In this document: positions 36,901-51,900 of the stretch, piece after piece
How the letters are laid out: every line of letters starts with the position of its first letter
Numbering within the stretch: position 1 is the first letter of the stretch
Assembly: GCF_964194025.1 (NCBI RefSeq)
Contig: NC_134471.1
Location: 41,292,001-41,356,000 of the forward strand
DNA length: 64,000 nt
Direction: 5' to 3'
Source of the DNA: Convolutriloba macropyga
Taxonomy: Eukaryota
Notes under the pieces: generated by a model
Seen by the model: the letters and a program-made list of their open reading frames with translations, nothing else
Database searches by the model: none
Told to the model about the DNA's origin: nothing
Made by a program: the position numbers and the translations under genes

Positions 36901-39900
36901 AAAGTTCAAACTAATAATAAAAAATACCTGTCCTTTTGACCACAATCTTTTTTCTATATTATTGAAATTTTATCTCGACCAATTTTTCACCTTTAATTTA
37001 AAATCTTAGTTTAGTAAATTTTTAGTAAAGAAAACTAATGTAAACATAATGTGAAAAAAATCTGTTTTTGTCAAATAATTAAATTTTTTTGCATACTTTC
37101 CTTTTTAATTGCTGTTTGAAGAAAACGCTTTTCAACAGAGCTTTTCAAATTTTGGAGCATTAGGGCTATGTATTTGTTTGTCTCGGATTTTAAGTTCTCC
37201 AAACTAAATTTATTTTCCGGAATTCGACTATTTTTTAAGACAAGTTTTATGTGGTAATTCCTACTTTGGTTTTGAACTAAACAATTTAATTGAATTTGTT
37301 TTGGCGCAAACTAAAAAAATTAACGATTTAATTTGAATCAGTTTTGTTTTACTATTCACAAAAATTGTTGTGTATGTGATGTTTCAAGACATCCCAGGTT
37401 GAAGTTTCCTGGATTTCATACAAGGATCATATATGATTTCATACTGTCCATATATTCATTTTTTTGCTAGATGGCATCACTTAATCATTCAACCGAAAAT
37501 AAAAATCATACAGTGTTTGTGCTTTCATTTTATGCTATGATTCTTGTATTATTTCCAAATGATCGTTTATACGATCTTTGTATGACAACTAAGGAATCAT
37601 ACAAATTCATAAATGACCTAGTACGATTAGTAACAGTTATATAAGACCTAGTATGAAATCAAAAAAAGTTGTATGATCAGTGTCCCGGGATAGGACGAAT
37701 CACCCGGTTGTTGATTAGACAAAAATCCCAGTGATTATGGAATTTCATACACATTTTAAAGCATCTCTTTTTAATCCTACAAGGGTTAGAGAACATTTTT
37801 ATAGATTGATAAGCAACCCAAAATATGACGCTAACTTGACCTGATGTCAGCAAGATATGGGTCTCATGTTTAATAATTGAACCTTATGTTATATGACATT
37901 TTCTTGGTTTTCTTACGGTGTCATATATGAACATTTGAGTTATATGGCATGTTATATGATTCTTGTAGGATGTAATGGTAATACGGGAAATTACTTTGGT
38001 AGGGTTGTTCTGTCTGTTGCACTGACCCTGCTCATACCACCAGTAGTTGAATCTATCTGCCATGAAGCCACGTTCATTCAACAACAGAATCGCTACTGTC
38101 AACTCCTCACTTAAACAACAACAACAACTCATTTATAAACACCCTGTGCAGTCTACTATGTTTTGAGGAGCTACTATGTTTTGAGGAGCTACTATGTTTT
38201 GAGGAGCTACTATGTTTTGAGGAGCTACTATGTTTTGAGGAGCTACTATGTTTTGAGGAGCTACTATGTTTTGAGGAGCTACTATGTTTTGAGGAGCTAC
38301 TATGTTTTGAGGAGCTACTATGTTTTGAGGAGCTACTATGTTTTGAGGAGCTACTATGTTTTGAGGAGCTACTATGTTTTGAGGAGCTACTATGTTTTGA
38401 GGAGCTCTGGCAAATTATGACCCGCAATTGAAAATTAATTTTCAATTGGGGGTCATAATTTGCCAGAGCTTTTGACAGTAGCGAGAGATCAACACATACT
38501 AACTTTATATATCAGTTAGTTCATAATTATGAACTAACTGATATATAAAGTTAATATGTGTAGATCTCTCGCTGTTCCGGTAGAAATTATTGGTAGGAGC
38601 CTCCTAGATATAAGAAAAGTTACAAAAGTTTTTTTGTAGAGTAGTTTTTGTTGTGGAGAAACACGTCAAAAAAACATTCAGCTAAATTCATCTGAAAAAG
38701 TGAAGATAAATTTTTACCTTGACTGCTATCAAATAATTACCTTAACATAACCTACACTGAATAAGGGTAACTTTAGCTTAGTATTTTTCTTGTATCAAAT
38801 TCATTTTTATGAGCACCAAAATTTTAGGAGTGGCAAATAGTTCACGTAACTTGTTTGACTAGCAGGAGTTGTGTTTGGCTCAATTGCATGTATAAAAGCA
38901 GCTGGTTATGAATAATGAGTTAAGAAACCTAATTGTTAGAAGAAAAAGTGGAATTCCAAAACATTCGAATGTTTTAAATGATACACAACGATGTGTCATA
39001 CAGGAGTGCGGATCCCTGTGGGGTGGCGATGCCATAGTTCTTAGTATTGAGATTGGTGCCGACCCGCATGGTGTTACATGGCTTCCTCTGGTTGTGGTAT
39101 TCATTCATCGTACTCTCCATCAGAAATGCAAAGTCGCCATCACTCGACCGCACAGCCTCAACACCCGCTGCCACCTGTACAAATTGAATATAATAGAAAC
39201 TTGAAGAGTATATAAGTTATAATACTGAAGTGAATGAAAATACTTTTGTGGATTTTAGGTGTAATTTGGGTCAATTTAGCCGCCTCCCCCTGTTTTTAGT
39301 CTTTCCATATAGATTCTAGATCCCGATTAGGACGTTCTGTTGACGTGTTGAGCTAATAATCCTCACGACAGAATCATAATTTGCTTAAATTTTGAATTGA
39401 CTTTATTGTATCTCAAAACAAATACATTTTTGCTTTGCTCATATTCATCTCATATTCTTGCCAGCTGAACTAACAAATTAACTTGTTTTGCGGCATCCGT
39501 TCTGTACTGTAAACTTCAAAATTTTTCAAAAAAATTTACAAAAATGACAGATTTCTAACGCCTTCTACAACTAGTAAGTGGAAATATCTGGTCAAGTCTC
39601 CCTATACCGCGAATTGAAATGAATGCCTCTGACGTTAGACAAACTGCGTACTACTTAAATTAAGCACAGTGCTTTTCTGTAGATTGCAGTCTTCAAAAAA
39701 ATTCACTTGCACTTCAGCATTTGTTCGCTGACTATTATATGCTAAGAACTGATTATAGCTTATTGGAAGCTAAAAGAAATAATAGCTACTGTTAAACTAT
39801 TTTTATTTGTAGAATGTGTATAAATGGAGTCAACGGTATTTTTAAATTTTTTTGGAACAGTAAATATGGGTTCAGAACACCAGGATTTCTGAAAGATCGT

Positions 39901-42900
39901 CCAACCGGGATACGCTTGACCGAATATATACATTCAGCTCCACCAAGTTTAATGTTTTTGCTTAGAAAAATTTTTACGCTTAAATGCTGGTCTTTAGTAA
40001 ATGTTTACTGCATTCTGCCACTTCAGATGTTCTCCGTGTCGAGTGATTAAAGTAAATTTAACCAGAATCTTACAAAGAGCTATAAAAAGGAGTAGTAACG
40101 TTTTTAGGACACACACTCTGACTTGTTGTTGTGATCTCTGCAATTTTACAAATGAATTTTACTAAGCAGTGTACTCTAAAAAGTAATGTGAAGAAACATA
40201 AATTGATCACTGTAATCATTGATTTTTTAAAAACTAGTTGTTTTTACCATTTATGCATAGTAAAGTATGGTTTAACTGTACTTAAGAATTCATTTTGCTA
40301 AATAGATCTAAAGTTTATGCATGAATAGAGTTATCTATGAATAAATGGTCCTAAAGAAACAAATAGATTGGTGTCCTTTGTTATACTTACCGCAACTTTA
40401 AAGGAGCAAAATTAAATAGCAACTACGGTGTGAACAGCGATTGAGTGAATTTTCGATCACAAAAAAATTGATGGACGGAACTAACTGGACAAAAAAAACA
40501 CGAAAAAAACTGGCAACCAGATACCAAATATTAACCGAATAATAATAACTGAAGATTGTGATCTGATTGTCTGATGGTTTCGAACATCAACAAAATTAGA
40601 AGTTTTCTTTTGCAAAAAAAAATCAGAAAGCAAACGGAGAACTTATATGACGAACTCAGATGTTGTGTCTATAAATAATGGCCGCAATAATAAATTTGAT
40701 TTTCGTTTTTGTTTCATTATGTTAATTTTTGTTTGGCCTCCATCAAAATCTTATTGACCTATCAATTAGATTTGAGAAGCTTAATTCTTCCACCCATAGA
40801 ATACTGATTCTAATATCCACTGACTTCTAACTTGTGAACTCGATTGCATGAAAAATAACAAAAATAAGAAATTACGTCTTGGAGCCGGAACCAAAATCAA
40901 TTTCACAAGCCGATCAATATAAATGTTTATAGCTGGTGTAAATTTTCTCTGTATATTGTTTGCTTAGATAAGTTCCATAAATATGTGCTAAGTGTTGTAT
41001 ATTTTCAGATCCAATTTTGATATAAAATTCAATTTATTGAATTGTTTTGACGCGAGATCACGACAGTCTGGATAGAAACTTCTTCACACAAAAGAGGGAT
41101 TTTGTTATACTTTTTTCCTGGTAAACTGGAAGTTTGTGAGTGATTTTTTAAATGATTCTAAAGATTGCATCCGTTAAAACTGTTGCCTGCCAACAATGCA
41201 CTGTGAATTTGAAAAGCAGAGAATTTACATCTCCTACAAGCTAAGCTATTGGCGAATGACGCCACCTCCGGTGTTCCGGCGTTGCATAATCCTGTGACAG
41301 TTTTGTGGTCCCTTAAAAATTATGTACATAGAAATTTTGTAAACTCAAACATGACAGTAGTAAGACTATGTGTCATGTTAAATTTTTTCATTTGCCGAAT
41401 ATTTTTTGTTTCTTAGAGAACTCATATCTTTTGTTTGATTTTTTGTTTTATGATATCGGAAATGTTGATTGTCTTGTTGTTGGTACTACGGAGCAACAAT
41501 AGTATTTTTTGAATATACTGCAATATAACCAGACTAGAGTGAGACACCGTACAATTGTCATTTCAAAGATTTCTGAATTATGACATCGAATTTTGATTGG
41601 GATCTGTTAAAACCAAGCAAACAGAAAAAGCTTCAAAAGTTCCGATAACACTTGCTAAGCGTTTGCTCAGACCAGACCAAATTAGACTGTCCTAGAAAGG
41701 TATACATGGTTATCAATGTGAATGTGTAACAACAGATTAATTACGCAGTAACCTGCATTTTATCATGTTTATGGCGTCAACTAACGGATTCTAGGAAGGT
41801 GCGCTTGTCTTCCATGAAGACGTACATCCTTTGGTAGGTGCCCAGAGCTGAGTTCTAAAAACATCCAACACACTAGGCAAGTGCTCTCGTCACAACAGCT
41901 TACACAGAATGAGATGATTTGATGGATTTGAAAAATTAGGTCTTTACCATAATGGTTCCATCCCCCATTTTTTATATCTATGCTAAGGGAGGGGGAGCAG
42001 GGTGCTATACGTTACAATCCTATTAAGATGGGAGGTGGTTATAAGCTACATTGTGAAGGACCCGAAAAAATAATATCATCTCTTGTTCAATATCAAGCCC
42101 TAACAGTTTCAGTTAACGTTTCATTTCCTTGGCAAAGAGCAACCATAACGCTGCTAATACGTAACAGTATGTGGGCTATACAGAATTATTTCTAAGGCGT
42201 GTCGGTTATCCATAACCAAACGAACTGTCAATTTTCAATTTTGAACATAATTCCGATTAAAGTCTAGAAGTGGTGGGTGGGTGTTGAATGGTACCTTGAA
42301 GAATGCCTTTGTGGACCCGGAGTCTAGGGTGCCGTACTGAATATTAGTCTGGGATGCCAAGTCCTCTGCACCTCCGATGGGAGTCTTCATCCTGTCAATA
42401 AACACACATACATTTATACCCACATCTATGTAGGCACTACTGGGAGTGTTGAATACTACTGCAAATTTTGATTGATGTTAATGATTCATTCAATCGCAGG
42501 AGAGATCTTAATGAAATCATTTTGGCAATGAAAAGGAAAAAGGCTCAGAATATGATTGGACCAGGAGAGTGAAGTTCATGAGTGAGTGACCTGTCAACAG
42601 TGAGGAATGCGGCCAGATTGGCAGTGTAGCTGGAAATGATGATGAGAGTGAAGAACCACCACCCTCCACCCACCAGTCTCGAGGACAGAGGACTCGTCCT
42701 GAATACATACCAGATTCAGATCACAACACCGCTGTCACCACTGTGTAGCATTAACACGCACCAGGTATACAGTAAAACATAACCGACTAACCTCGGGCGA
42801 ATTGATCTCCAACGACCTGCGAGCGGTTGGCTTCATCAGTAGCTAGCCACGGTTTAGTTAGGCTAGCTTTAGCTTAATTGAGGGGGCGTAAGGTGAGCAC

Positions 42901-45900
42901 GCTGGGCGCTACCTGTTTATCCCGTTTTTGAGGAAGAAAAGTCAATTGGGTCAGACGAAAAATCGGTCAAGCGAAAAATCGCATTAAAAAAGACCGACAG
43001 GAATAATATAATTGGTAAAAATTTCGTTTGAGAGCAATTAAATAGATCGGAGTGACCTATTCAAATGAAAAAAAAATCATCACTATTTACTGTAATCAGC
43101 ATTTCCAAACAGCCTTTAGTAGCTGTAAAGTAAGAACCGAAAATGATAACATGCAAGACTATTCAGAACAACAGTTTCGTTGTTTGAACACTAAATGGTC
43201 ACCCAAGGAAAGGTGACATATAACTTATGAAAATAGCGCATAGTCTTAATTTATGTTGTTTTAAAACATATCTCTAGTCTAATCATTTGTTAAAAGAGCA
43301 CGTCTAAGTTTCACGTTGTTGGACAAAAGAGTCAAGTTTTTGTTGCAATTTTGGCGGTTTTTAAATCATCTTGAAAGTTGCAATAACATTGGCAACATGC
43401 TGCAAGGGCACAAAGGGGGCATCAAGTGTTTTCAGAGGCATCAATTGATTGAAGTCTTTTGTCATCTTCTTTGAAATTGGCTCTGAACCTCACGTTGCCT
43501 AAAACCGGAGCGAGAAAAATCGGAAAAAAAACTACGGAGAAAAAACGCGTGCGAGACCGGAAACGGGGCGAACGAACGTGTCGTAAGCCGTTTTTACCTT
43601 TACGACTCGTGTTTCTCCATCTCGTCCTGACGTTGTCTCCATGACTCTTCCCAGTGGCCAAATGCCTCTTGGTGTTTGGTCTTTCAACACCCAAACAATG
43701 TTGTCCACTTTGAGAGGTCGATCGTTGCTGTTTGACCATTTCGACCGTCGGCTAAGCGTTGGCACATACTCTTTCACCAAGCGTCGCCATACATGGTTCA
43801 TCAGCTTCTGCGTGTTCTTCCATGTCTTCAAGCTTGCAGGTTGCTGGTCTCCAAATTGTCCTGGTGGCAAGCTATTGAAGGAACGCTGGATAAGAAAGTG
43901 GTTTGGAGTCAAAAGTTCCTCGTTGTCAGGCTGCTCAGCAACGTTAGTCGGTGGTCTGGAGTTGAGGATTGATTCTGTTTCCACCATAATTGTTAGGAAA
44001 GTGTCAAAAGAGAGTCTTCTGGATCCTAGAATGAGGAGGAGCGTTCTTTTGGCGCTCTGGATCAAACGCTCCCAGACACCGCCAAAATGAGGGCAGTATG
44101 GGGGATTGAATTTCCACGTTGTATTGGCTACTGCTAAAGCTTTGTAGATTCTGTCATTGTCCAAGGCTTTAACAGTTTTCTTCAGTTCTTCAGAGGCGCC
44201 AACGAACGTTTTCCCGTTGTCGCTGTAGAGAAGTTGGGGCTGGCATCGACGACTGCAAAATCTTCTGAAGGCATTGAGAAAGGTATCTGTATTGAGGTCT
44301 GGACACGTTTCTAAGTGAACTGCTCGCGTCACCATGCATGTAAATATTAGACCATAATGTTTTTCTAAAATGCCTTTGGAATCTTCGATGTAGAAGGGTT
44401 CAAAGAAATCTACACCAGAATTAGCAAAGGGGAACTGTGTTTTTGCTGTCGGAAAACGAAAACTAGGTAATGGTGCCATAATTGGTTGAATGTTTTTCTT
44501 GTCAAAGCGTCGACATAAGAAACAATGAAACCGTACGCTTGCTAACGCTTTCGGAAGGCCAATCACATGGTAACGTTGTTGAATGAATGCTTTTGTTGGT
44601 TCTGTGGACTGGTGAATACATATTTGATGGGCATGTTCCAAGTACAAACGAACAATTTTGTCCTTGGCGTGCAAAATTATTGGGCGTTTTTCCAAATCCA
44701 GTTGTGTTGGTGCATGCTGCAATCGACCACAAGATCTGAGTAATCCGTCCTCATCCAACAGCGGATTTAAGCATCGTATTTTGCACTTAGAATCTAGTTT
44801 GATTCCACGTTGTAAGGAATTAACGGTCGAATGGAAAAAACTGTCCTGAGATAATTTCAGGAGATAATTTCTTGATAATTGAATGTCTTCAGTTGTGTAT
44901 TGGTGATTGTTCGTTCGCATTTTTTTTGCACGATTAATTAGGTTGAAAACTGTTGCAACTGTCAGAAAAGTTTGTTCCATGTTGAGAATTTACTCGGATC
45001 GACTATAGGTTTAATTGTCTTGGGACTTCTTATGACTGCCGCACATGTTGCGCGTGGTTTCTTTATATCATTCCAGGTCGACTCGCTTTGGCAAAGAAAT
45101 TGGGGTGGATCTAACCATTTCTGCTGAATTTCGTTTGTCTCAAGACCGCGAGTTCCGTGATCGGCGGGATTGAGATAAGTTGAGATGTGATGCCATTGCT
45201 GGGGTGAAGAACTTTTATGAATTTCTTGCAATCTGATTGAAACAAAAACGTTTTGCTTCTTATTTGAGGCTGTCCAGTCCAAAACTACTTGACTGTCGGA
45301 CCAGAGAAAAGTGTTGTCGAATGTCAATGTCATTTCTCTTTGGATCAGTTGTAGAAGGCGCACTCCTATAACAGCAGCTTCTAGTTCCATTTTTGGCACA
45401 CTTATTTGTTTAATGGGAGCAACTTTGCATTTTCCCATGAGAAAACATGCTTGTGGCGGAGTGGTTTGATTATTGGTTGTACGGAGGTAAGCAACGGCTG
45501 CCATAGCTGCCATTGAGGCATCCACAAATATATGAAGTTGGCTGCTTGTGATTTTACTGAAATTGTGAACAGTTCTTGGTATTCGGATTTCGGGCATGGC
45601 AAAGTAGCTGTTTAGAACTTTCTGGAGGTCATGGTGTAGTTCATGTGGTATCAAATCATCCCATTTTCTTCCAAGTTTCCAAATCTGCTGCAAAACCATT
45701 TTGATTCTAATTGTCAGGGGAGACAACAGACCGAAGGGATCGAAGACTGAAGATACCAAACTGTATATTTTCCTTTGTGTGTACACTGTTGCATCTTTAG
45801 GAAATTGTTGTAGGGGAAACATGACAAAATTGTCAGTTGTTATCTTCCATTTTTGACCAAGGACTCTCATGATCTCTTTTGTTTCGTCTTTGTCGTCGGA

Positions 45901-48900
45901 AGAGATTTCAGCGAGTACATCTGGTTCGTTCGAAACAAATTTTGTCAACCTGAAGCCACCATTTTTCAGGCATCTTGTTGTCTGTGATATGACTTCTTTG
46001 GCTTGTTGGCAGGGACTGGATGTAGTCATCCATATAAAAGTGGTGTTTAATAGCGTTCAACGCGGCTGGAAATTCACTTTTGTTGTCTTCTGCACATTTA
46101 TTGAGCACATAAATTTCGCAAATTGGTGAACATGTTGCGCCAAAGATTAATCTAGTGAATTGGAATTGTCGAATGGAGTTGTCTATCATCCAAAGGAAAC
46201 GAAGAGCAGACTGGTCTTCTTGTCTCACGGCAATCTGCATAAACATTCCTTCGATGTCTGACAAAACAGCAACCGGGTGTTCTCTGAATCTCAACAGCAC
46301 TCCAACTTAGTTATTTAGTAAATCAGGACCAGTTAGAAGATTTGAGTTCAGTGATTCACAGCGGAATTTTGATGCTGCGTTGGCAACTCTTCTCACTTTT
46401 CCGGGTTTGTTTGGATTAGTGACTGGATGATGAGGTAAGTACCATATTGACTCTGGGGTGGTGCTTGCATTTCGACTGGCTTGACAAAATTTTTATCCAA
46501 GTCTGTTTGGAGTGTCTGGTTGTACTTCTGATTGAGGCCGGGATCGTTTTGTAGTCGTTTTTGTAGACTTTTTAGTTGACTGACTGCTGAGAAGTAGTTA
46601 TTCTGGAGTTTCTTTACAGGTTTCCAAGGAAGCCCAATCTGATATCTTTCACCGTTGTGACATATTGAGTTTTCCATTGTTTGCACTGCTAATTGGTCTA
46701 GTGAGCTGTCTTCATTCTGTTCGGGTAATGTACCTTCAGCTTCTATTTTCCAGAACCTTTGAACCAATTCGTCCAATGGGTCTTCTTCATTGTCTTTCCG
46801 GCAGACATGGTAAATGAATGGTTGGCGAGAGGGCTTGTTTGCGTTCATTGTTTTAGGAGATAGCTCGTACTCTCCAGCGAGAGTCCAACCAAGCTTTGTT
46901 TTTACGCCGAATGGACGCTTTTTGTTACCTTGGATTACTTCGACTGGATATGTGAAGGCAAAAGTATTGACACCAAGAAGGGCGCCTATTGCACCGTTGG
47001 CGATGTCAGGGAAATAAATGTGACTAAGTTCCTTGAAGGTGTCGCATAATTGATTTTGTTCAAGAACGTTAGCGGGTGATACATTGAGACATGGCGTGCT
47101 ATAGGCTCTTGCAATGCTGAAATGTTGATTGATTTTGTCATAAGGCGTTACTGTCACTGTTTCACTAATTTTGGACAGTGGCATTTCATGTTCAGTGTTT
47201 AGGTACTGCAGAGTTGTTGATGATTGTGCTTCGCAGGGAAGCTCAAGAAAGCTAGTAACTTTGTCCAGCAGGAAGGTGAACTGGCTTCCGGGGTCAATCA
47301 AGGCGTAGGTATCAAACACTTTACTTCGGTTTACAAATGAAACTGGTATTATTTGTAGTTGTTCATACCATTCCGGAGGAGGAATTGTATTTCGGTTGAT
47401 ACTGAAGTTTTGGGTCGGATTCGAAGCAATCAAACGGGCGCGTTGAATATTTTGTTGCTGTGATTGTCTTTTACCAGAAAACGATTGACCATATCTTGTC
47501 TGCTGTCTCTTTGTACTGCTCACAGTGTCAGTACTTTTGTTTTGATTTTGTTGTTGAAAGGATGGCTGTGTTTGGGGGCTTGCTAGATTTAGTGTTGGCT
47601 GATGGGGATTGCTTGTTGCGAAGGCAGCGGTGGGCCGTTTAACTTGTTTCGAAGGATCATGCAAAGTTGTGTGGTGAAATCTTTTACATGTTTGGCATCG
47701 TTTTGTGGACGGACATGACTGCTTAAAATGTTTGTTGCTTAAACAGTTCGAGCAAAGATTGTTCTTGCTCACAATGTCATACCTTTGGTCTGGCGCACAT
47801 TTCTGGTATTCAGGGCATGTTGCGAGTATGTGACTTCCTTTGCATTTCTCGCAAGACTTGTTTGACTGATCAGCATCTTTCCGCGGAGGAAAGGGTGGTT
47901 GACCATGCTGGTTTGCAGGGTGACTTGAGTGCAATGAATTCTGTTTCCAATTGTTTTGTAAATTATTAGAAAATTGATCCATAGCATTGCTGTTCCTATT
48001 ATCATTGTTGTTGTTAATTCTGCTAATGCTATCACTGTTTTGACCGAAAGTGATCCATTTATTAAACGGCTTATGAACATTTTCTCTGTTGATTTTGTCG
48101 TATACTTGGGCCTGTACTTCAAGCCACTTCTGAAAATCAGGGACGGTTTGTTGATTTCCAATTGATGTTATTGTATACTCTGTCCAATTTATCAGAATAT
48201 TATGTGGAATTTTTACTTTTGCCTTTTTCATCAATGTTGAACTTTGCAAGTCGGCTTTGAAGCCTAAATATTCAAAAGCTTGCACTAATCGTTTGAGAAA
48301 AGAAGCAAAAGATACGAAACTCTGTTTGTTGTAGTCATTGTTCGGACGCCAGGCTTCCAGTTGATTGATAAAAGCATTCACAACAATGCTGGGATCTCCG
48401 AAGTGATCCATGAGCTCTTTCAAAGCAATCGCGTAGTAAGCTGGGTCACACGAGTAGGCTTGAATTTTTTCTTTGGCTTTTCCTACGACCGAGTTCTGTA
48501 AGTATGTTATACGGTGTGTATCCGTAAGGCTAGTATTATTGTGAACTAGGTTGAAAAAAATGTTTATCCACTCATGGTATTTCAGTGGGTTACCATTGAA
48601 ACTTGATATTGTTATTGGTGGAAGTTCAATGGAATTTTTGTTTGTTGTTTGTAAATTAAAATTATTTTCAAATGGGATTGTTTCTGTTTGTATTTCAGTT
48701 CGTGGCTGAAACAGTTGCTTTCCAGAAAAAGACCAATTTGGAATTTGTTTCGAATTTCCCGAAATTTTCGGTTGGCTAATATGTTGAGTAAAGGGGGGAA
48801 GAACTGTTTGGTAGTTTGTAAAGGGATTTTCCGGAGTAAGCGAACAATTAGGTGGCTGAGATGATGTACAGCAAACAAAGTTGGTACCTTGGTTGTTGAG

Positions 48901-51900
48901 TGTTGTTTTGGAGGGGAAAACAATTCCATCGTTTGGTTCTTCCGTTGGATTTCCATTGCTAAAATGAACTCCAGTTGGGTAAAGTGGGTTCTGAAATTGT
49001 TGGGAAACGTTTGTTTGCGCTACTGTTGGTAACGACATTGCTGACGCCAATTTTCCGTTGTTCTGGTCAAAATGTAGGGGATTGTGACGACTGTCTTCGT
49101 AACAATATGGATTTGGCGTGGTCTCATTTGTCACTCTATTTGTTCCTTTTTCTAAATGAAATGGGCGCTGTAGCATTTGCTCATTCAAATTGCATGAACT
49201 TAATGTTTGGTAAGTATTGGTTTTGTTAATTGAGCAGTTATGTTGAAGTGAGTTTTGTAAATCTAATGCAAGACGTTGTATGCTTTGATCTTCTCTTTTG
49301 TTATTTAAGGGAACAGAAGACTTTTCTTTTGGTCTAACTGTGGTATTTGCTGGTTGAGTCATTGGCATTTCGGGCATTGTGATCAGCTTTGAACTAGAAA
49401 ACTGGTTCAATTCTCCAATTGATGAGTGAAATAATTCCGGTTGGTTATCAATAGATTCAACAGGAAATAAGAGTGCAGTTTGATTCATTGGAATGGAGGG
49501 TTGTTGAATTAAAGCAAACTGGTTTTGTTAATTGAGCAGTTATGTTGAAGTGAGTTTTGTAAATCTAATGCAAGACGTTGTTTGCTTTGATCTTCTCTTT
49601 TGTTATTTAAGGGAACAGAAGACTTTTCTTTTGGTCTAACTGTGGCATTTGCTGGTTGAGTCATTGGCATTTCGGGCATTGTGATCAGCTTTGAACTAGA
49701 AAACTGGTTCAATTCTCCAATTGATGAGTGAAATAATTCCGGTTGGTTCTCAATAAATTCAACAGGAAATAAGACTGCAGTTTGATTCATTGGAATGGAG
49801 GGTTGTTGAATTGAAGCAAACTGGTTGAAAGTGTTCTCTTGCTCTCTGAGAACAACGTTGTGTTCTGGGGATTGAGGATTACTCAAGACAAATCTGTCTT
49901 GAATGTTTGCTCTGGATAATAGGGTTGATGCTGGTGTTGGGGCTGCTAACAACGACATTGATTGATTTATGTGTTCAACGGTCGTAAAATTTTTTACTGA
50001 TTCTTCAGTCAATTCTCTTGTATCCTGCGCAAATTGTCTGTTGCTCTGAAGGAATTTGGAGAGAAGGTTGGTTTTATTTTCTCCTTGCGGAAGGAAAAAC
50101 GATGGTTTCGCCGGTCTTGGGGGCACTGGAGGGGAGACATCGCTGGCAGGGTTATTTACTGTCATGTTGTTTTGCTCTGAGTTTTGGGAAACCGGTGTCA
50201 ATCGATGCGACTCGAGCTGTCTTTTTGGGGACTGTGAGACGCAGCTGATGTCATCGCGCACTCGAGTTGATGATTGACTCAATTGACCATCATTGTCGAG
50301 ACTGTTGACTTCTAGTTCCAATTTTTCTAGACGAGAGATCAAGTTCGATTGACGTTTCATGACTGAGTTTATGCTACTAGAGCTTACATTTTCCATCATG
50401 ATGCTGTCAAGGTTTGTCTTCAGCTCTTCAACGCTCACCTTGATTTTGTTGATCAACAATGAAAGAGTGCGGAAGCTTTTTCTCTGCTCAACGGATGTCT
50501 GTAAGAGATCAAGCTGATTTTTCATGTTGAGCTCAGTCATTTTGAACTTGTTCAATGCGTATTGCAACTTCTGGCTGTTTTCTTTTGTCATCTTGATGAA
50601 CCGGCTGTAGTCAACTCGTAATGGTTCTGTCGTATGTAAAGTAAAGGTAAAAATGGCTCAAAATTTACTGAGCGACGACTTTTTTGGTAAATTAAAAACC
50701 TCTTAAGTTTATGTAGGCTAATCAGCCTAGCTCTTTTCGTTCAAAAATAACGGCGCAATTTTTCACAAAACAGGAATCCTAAAGGTGTTTTTTTGGGTAC
50801 TAAATCTAGCTAAAAATTTTCTTAAAAAAAGGAAAAACTAAGCGTTCGCGCGTGTGTACCGTTGATTTGTTGAACAGGACCAAATAATTGCTTTCATTTT
50901 TTTACAGATATGACTTCGCAACGATCCTCCTGTAAGTTTTCGTTCTCCTTTAATCACAATCAAGGTACCAGAAAAAAATTTACTGAAGTGTTTTCTTTTT
51001 TTGTGTGTGTGGAGTTTTAGGAACAAATAAAACCTAAAACCAAACAAACTAAATCTATATTGACACTTCTTCAAAATAAGTTAATTTTTTTTTAGAATTT
51101 AAAATGCGGTGCGACCAGGCAACGTGAGCTACAGACAAGCAGAGAAAACTGGTTGCTTAAAAGCTGGGTCTACTTTGAAGCACTTTTCCAAGAAATTCAT
51201 TTTTCATTTTTCATCAATGTTGAACTTTGCAAGTCGGCTTTGAAGCCTAAATATTCAAAAACTTGCACTAATCGTTTGAGAAAAGAAGCAAAAGATACGA
51301 AACTCTGTTTGTTGTATTCATTGTTCGGACGCCAGGCTTCCAGTTGATTGATAAAAGCATTCACAACAATGCTGGGATCTCCGAAGTGATCCATGAGCTC
51401 TTTCAAAGCAATCGCGTAGTAAGCTGGGTCACACGAGTAGGCTTGAATTTTTTCTTTGGCTTTTCCTACGACCGAGTTCTGTAAGTATGTTATACGGTGT
51501 GTATCCGTAAGGCTAGTATTATTGTGAACTAGGTTGAAAAAAATGTTTATCCACTCATGGTATTTCAGTGGGTTACCATTGAAACTTGATATTGTTATTG
51601 GTGGAAGTTTAATGGAATTTTTGTTTGTGGTTTGTAAATTAAAATTATTTTCAAATGGGATTGTTTCTGTTTGTATTTCAGTTCGTGGCTGAAACAGTTG
51701 CTTTCCAGAAAAAGACCAATTTGGAATTTGTTTCGAATTTCCCGAAATGTTCGGTTGGCTAATATGTTGAGTAAAGGGGGGAAGAACTGTTTGGTAGTTT
51801 GTAAAGGGATTTTCCGGAGTAAGCGAACAATTAGGTGGCTGAGATGATGTACAGCAAACAAAGTTGGTACCTTGGTTGTTGAGTGTTGTATTGGAGGGGA

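Noticed and set aside
38107-38445. SSSSKH- and RSYYVL-repeat ORFs; CRISPR-like appearance
   Set aside because: Translations of a perfect 18-bp minisatellite; no spacers; eukaryotic intron
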